From positions 120,001 through 152,000 of the forward strand of contig NZ_LT594522.1 in NCBI RefSeq assembly GCF_900090215.1: DNA of 32,000 bases, in the 5' to 3' direction. The notes beneath the pieces are model-generated. The model ran no database searches. It was not told the DNA's origin and saw nothing but the letters and a program-made list of their open reading frames with translations. This stretch comes from a secondary endosymbiont of Trabutina mannipara. GTDB lineage: Bacteria > Pseudomonadota > Gammaproteobacteria > Enterobacterales > Enterobacteriaceae. The position numbers and the translations under genes were made by a program. Of this stretch, positions 29,746 through 32,000 are shown piece after piece; positions within the stretch are counted from its first letter, which is position 1, and every line of letters starts with the position of its first letter.

Positions 29746-30978
29746 TCATATCGCATTTTGCAAACCAATTAAGGCAGTAGGAGAGTCTTTAACTACATAT
29801 TCTACTTTAATACCATTTGTACCTTTTTTAAATTTACTGGCACCATATAGCGCTGGTGTAATAATATCTTCGCTGTTTCTAGCAATAGATACACTATCAT
29901 CAAGAATTACTAATGTAATTTGTAATTTGCTATTTCTTATAAAACCAATTTTTATAGTTTTTCCAGGAGCTGTTGTACCAACTTTCACTCTTAGTTCAGC
30001 AAAACTAAGAATAGGTTTATCTTCTACAGATACGATAATATCTCCAGCTTTAATACCAGCCTTAGCTGCAGCAGAATTGGGCAATACTTCGCTAACGAAA
30101 GCGCCCCTATGGACTTCAATATTAAATGTTTTAGCAATCTCTGCAGTTAGCTCAGTGCCTTTTATTCCCAGTTGACCGCGTTTAACTTTTCCATATTCAA
30201 TTAGTTGCTGACTTAGTTTTTTAACAATATTGCTAGGTATGGCGAAACCAATACCTATATTTCCACCTCCTGGTGCTATAATAGCAGTATTAATACCTAT
30301 TAACTCGCCATTAAGGTTAACTAGCGCACCACCTGAATTACCGCGATTGATAGAAGCATCAGTCTGAATAAAATTTTCTAAACCTTCTATATTAAGGCCG
30401 CTACGTCCTAGAGCAGATACAATACCTGATGTTGCAGTCTGGCCAAGACCAAATGGATTACCTACTGCTACTGCAAAATCTCCTACTTGTAGAGCATCAG
30501 AATCTGCTATAGTTATTTCGCTAAGATTTTTAGGATCTGATAATTGCAGTAACGCAAGATCTGTTTTTTCGTCATTACCAACAAGTTTAGCGTTAAATTC
30601 ACAACCACCATTTAACTGTACTTTGATCTTATCTGCTCCATTGACTACATGATTGTTAGTGATTACATAGCCCTTTACTGCATTAATAATAACTCCTGAA
30701 CCTAATCCTTCGAATTGGCGCATTAAACCATTACTTCCTTGATTATCAGGATAGAAAAAATATCTAAATTCATTGGGAAGCATGGGACGTCGTACAGGTT
30801 TTGATCCTTCAACATGAACGCTTACTACCGCAGGTAGAACTTTTGTCAACATTGGTGCTAAGCTAGGTAGAGAAGATTGCCTAGTTACTTCTATTGGCAA
30901 TACCGTAGCTGAAAATAAAAGTAAAATAATTCCTATACTTTTAAATAATAGAGATATAAATGGAAATTTTATTTTCAT
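29746..30978 (-). CDS. degQ: periplasmic serine endoprotease DegQ (HtrA family), truncated inside PDZ2
   Basis: 410 aa with a signal-peptide-like N-terminus. Strongly colinear with E. coli DegQ (LPSLAPML.KVLPAVVSV.VEG, FEGLGSGVIINA.KGYV.TNNHV, D.ALLQ, GDFAVAVGNPFGLGQTATSGIVSALGRSGLN.EGLENFIQTDASINRGNSGGAL.NLNGELIGINTAI.APGGG..GIGFAIPSN). The catalytic His/Asp/Ser and PDZ1 are intact. The frame stops at ..SPTALIGLQNAI*, about 60 codons short of the E. coli end. Neighbour of rplM-rpsI, as degQ is in E. coli. Confidence 0.85.
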   Translation of the reverse strand: MKIKFPFISLLFKSIGIILLLFSATVLPIEVTRQSSLPSLAPMLTKVLPAVVSVHVEGSKPVRRPMLPNEFRYFFYPDNQGSNGLMRQFEGLGSGVIINAVKGYVITNNHVVNGADKIKVQLNGGCEFNAKLVGNDEKTDLALLQLSDPKNLSEITIADSDALQVGDFAVAVGNPFGLGQTATSGIVSALGRSGLNIEGLENFIQTDASINRGNSGGALVNLNGELIGINTAIIAPGGGNIGIGFAIPSNIVKKLSQQLIEYGKVKRGQLGIKGTELTAEIAKTFNIEVHRGAFVSEVLPNSAAAKAGIKAGDIIVSVEDKPILSFAELRVKVGTTAPGKTIKIGFIRNSKLQITLVILDDSVSIARNSEDIITPALYGASKFKKGTNGIKVEYVVKDSPTALIGLQNAI

Positions 30979-31201
30979 TATGATGCTAACTCACATTCAA
31001 TTACCAAATGATGTCATCATTATAATCATTTTGCAGGTTACATAAAAGTTTAACTACAATTGCGAGTTCATAGATAGGATACGGTGTTCTAAAAAAATTC
31101 TAATTAAAAAATTAAAAAAGAGATAATTCACCTTTATTTTGAGTATTATAAAATTTATCTTAAATAAGGTTTCTAATATTTGATAGATATACTAATAACT
31201 T

Positions 31202-31241
31202 ATTGAAACTATTTTCATTTGATTGAAACTATTTTCATTAT
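31202..31241. repeat. tandem duplication, 20-bp period x2 (ATTGAAACTATTTTCATT identical; last 2 nt differ)
   Basis: Read directly in the degQ-rplM divergent spacer. Confidence 0.85.
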
Positions 31242-31495
31242 ACAGATATGGTAGTTGACTATAAAGTCAGATCAGCAATAAATAAAATATTAAATTAAAA
31301 ATTAATTTTTATTAATATCAATTTTTGATTTTTTAACATAAAAAAAGTAGAATAATAGTAAAAATATTCTTTTTTTTAGAAATTAATTGCTTATAATTTT
31401 ATAATTAGGCTAAAAATAGAAAAATAAGTTTTCTGAATTAAAATTTATTGAAAATACACTTTATTAACTAACGTGTAACTTATAGGTAACCTTTT

Positions 31496-31924
31496 ATGAA
31501 AACTTTTATAGTAAAACCAAACATGGTTAAACATGACTGGTATATTATTGATGCTAAAGAAAAAATTCTTGGTCGTATTGCTACCGAGATAGCTTTTAGA
31601 TTACGTGGTAAGCATAAAGCAGAATATACGCCTCATGTAGATATTGGTGATTATATTATCGTATTAAATGCTGAAAAAGTAGTAGTTAGTGGTAACAAAA
31701 ATAATGATAAAATTTACTATCATTATACTGGTTATGTAGGTGGTATTAAAAAATCTAATTTTAAAGATATGATTGCTCGTAATTCTAAGCTAGTTATTGA
31801 AATTGCTGTTAAAGGTATGTTACCAACAGGACCTTTAGGTCGTGCTATGTTTCGTAAACTAAAAGTATACGAAGGTACTGAACACAACCATTCTGCACAA
31901 AAACCTAAAGTTCTAAATATTTAA
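31496..31924 (+). CDS. rplM: 50S ribosomal protein L13
   Basis: 142 aa (same length as E. coli L13). Blocks [82 protein letters not shown]. Confidence 0.97.
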   Translation: MKTFIVKPNMVKHDWYIIDAKEKILGRIATEIAFRLRGKHKAEYTPHVDIGDYIIVLNAEKVVVSGNKNNDKIYYHYTGYVGGIKKSNFKDMIARNSKLVIEIAVKGMLPTGPLGRAMFRKLKVYEGTEHNHSAQKPKVLNI

Positions 31925-31939
31925 TTGGAATTATAAATT

Positions 31940-32000
31940 ATGGTTATAAATCAATATTATGGTACTGGTCGCCGTAAAAGTTCCTCTGCTCGTGTTTTTA
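31940..32000 (+). CDS. rpsI: 30S ribosomal protein S9, 5' end only (runs off the window)
   Basis: ATG 31940 then [20 protein letters not shown], against E. coli S9 [20 protein letters not shown]. Sits 15 nt after rplM, as in the rplM-rpsI operon. Confidence 0.9.
   Translation, partial: [20 protein letters not shown]

Noticed and set aside
29571-29768. The 65-aa ORF downstream of degQ, considered as a separate small protein gene.
   Set aside because: Its middle (ISQLRKVLDTKTALMALNIVRG) aligns with the end of the DegQ PDZ2 domain. It is the frameshifted 3' end of degQ.

Overview
AT-rich (roughly 30% G+C by eye, not computed), gene-dense housekeeping window that looks like a reduced Enterobacterales-derived, insect-endosymbiont-like chromosome. 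All calls rest on by-eye alignment of the supplied ORF translations and of hand-translated stretches to remembered E. coli K-12 proteins; no database was searched. Content: 23 protein genes that look intact or nearly so (rsmD, rpoH, serS, trxB, cydD, cydC, infA, rpsA, metG, gyrB, pykF, sufA, pheT, pheS, rplT, rpmI, infC, thrS, lysS, prfB, degQ, rplM, 5' end of rpsI) and one tRNA-Val(GAC). The single ORF-poor tract of about 3 kb (16.7-19.7 kb) is not a new system: it is the in-situ wreck of sufB-(sufC)-sufD-sufS-sufE beside an intact sufA. Corrections to the ORF track: prfB is 28347..29445 with a +1 programmed frameshift (site CTT TAA T, i.e. UAA instead of the canonical UGA). infC starts at an ATT (24810) 3 nt after the thrS stop. 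thrS most likely starts at 26742 and trxB probably at 3639. The 65-aa ORF 29571..29768 is the out-of-frame tail of degQ, whose PDZ2 domain is cut by two 1-nt deletions. I found no mobile element, CRISPR array, toxin- or defence-like gene, or unexplained multi-gene cassette, so I do not claim a novel system here. Most worth a second look: (i) sufA retained amid recent decay of the rest of the suf operon; (ii) at least 14 perfect head-to-tail duplications of 7-25 bp in spacers and dead genes, three of which can be polarised as derived events (two frame-breaking, one in-frame); (iii) the UAA-type RF2 frameshift site; (iv) the PDZ2-less degQ; (v) conservation of the SD-less, GGA-loop rpsA leader. 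Repeat coordinates were counted by hand and may be off by 1-2 nt.
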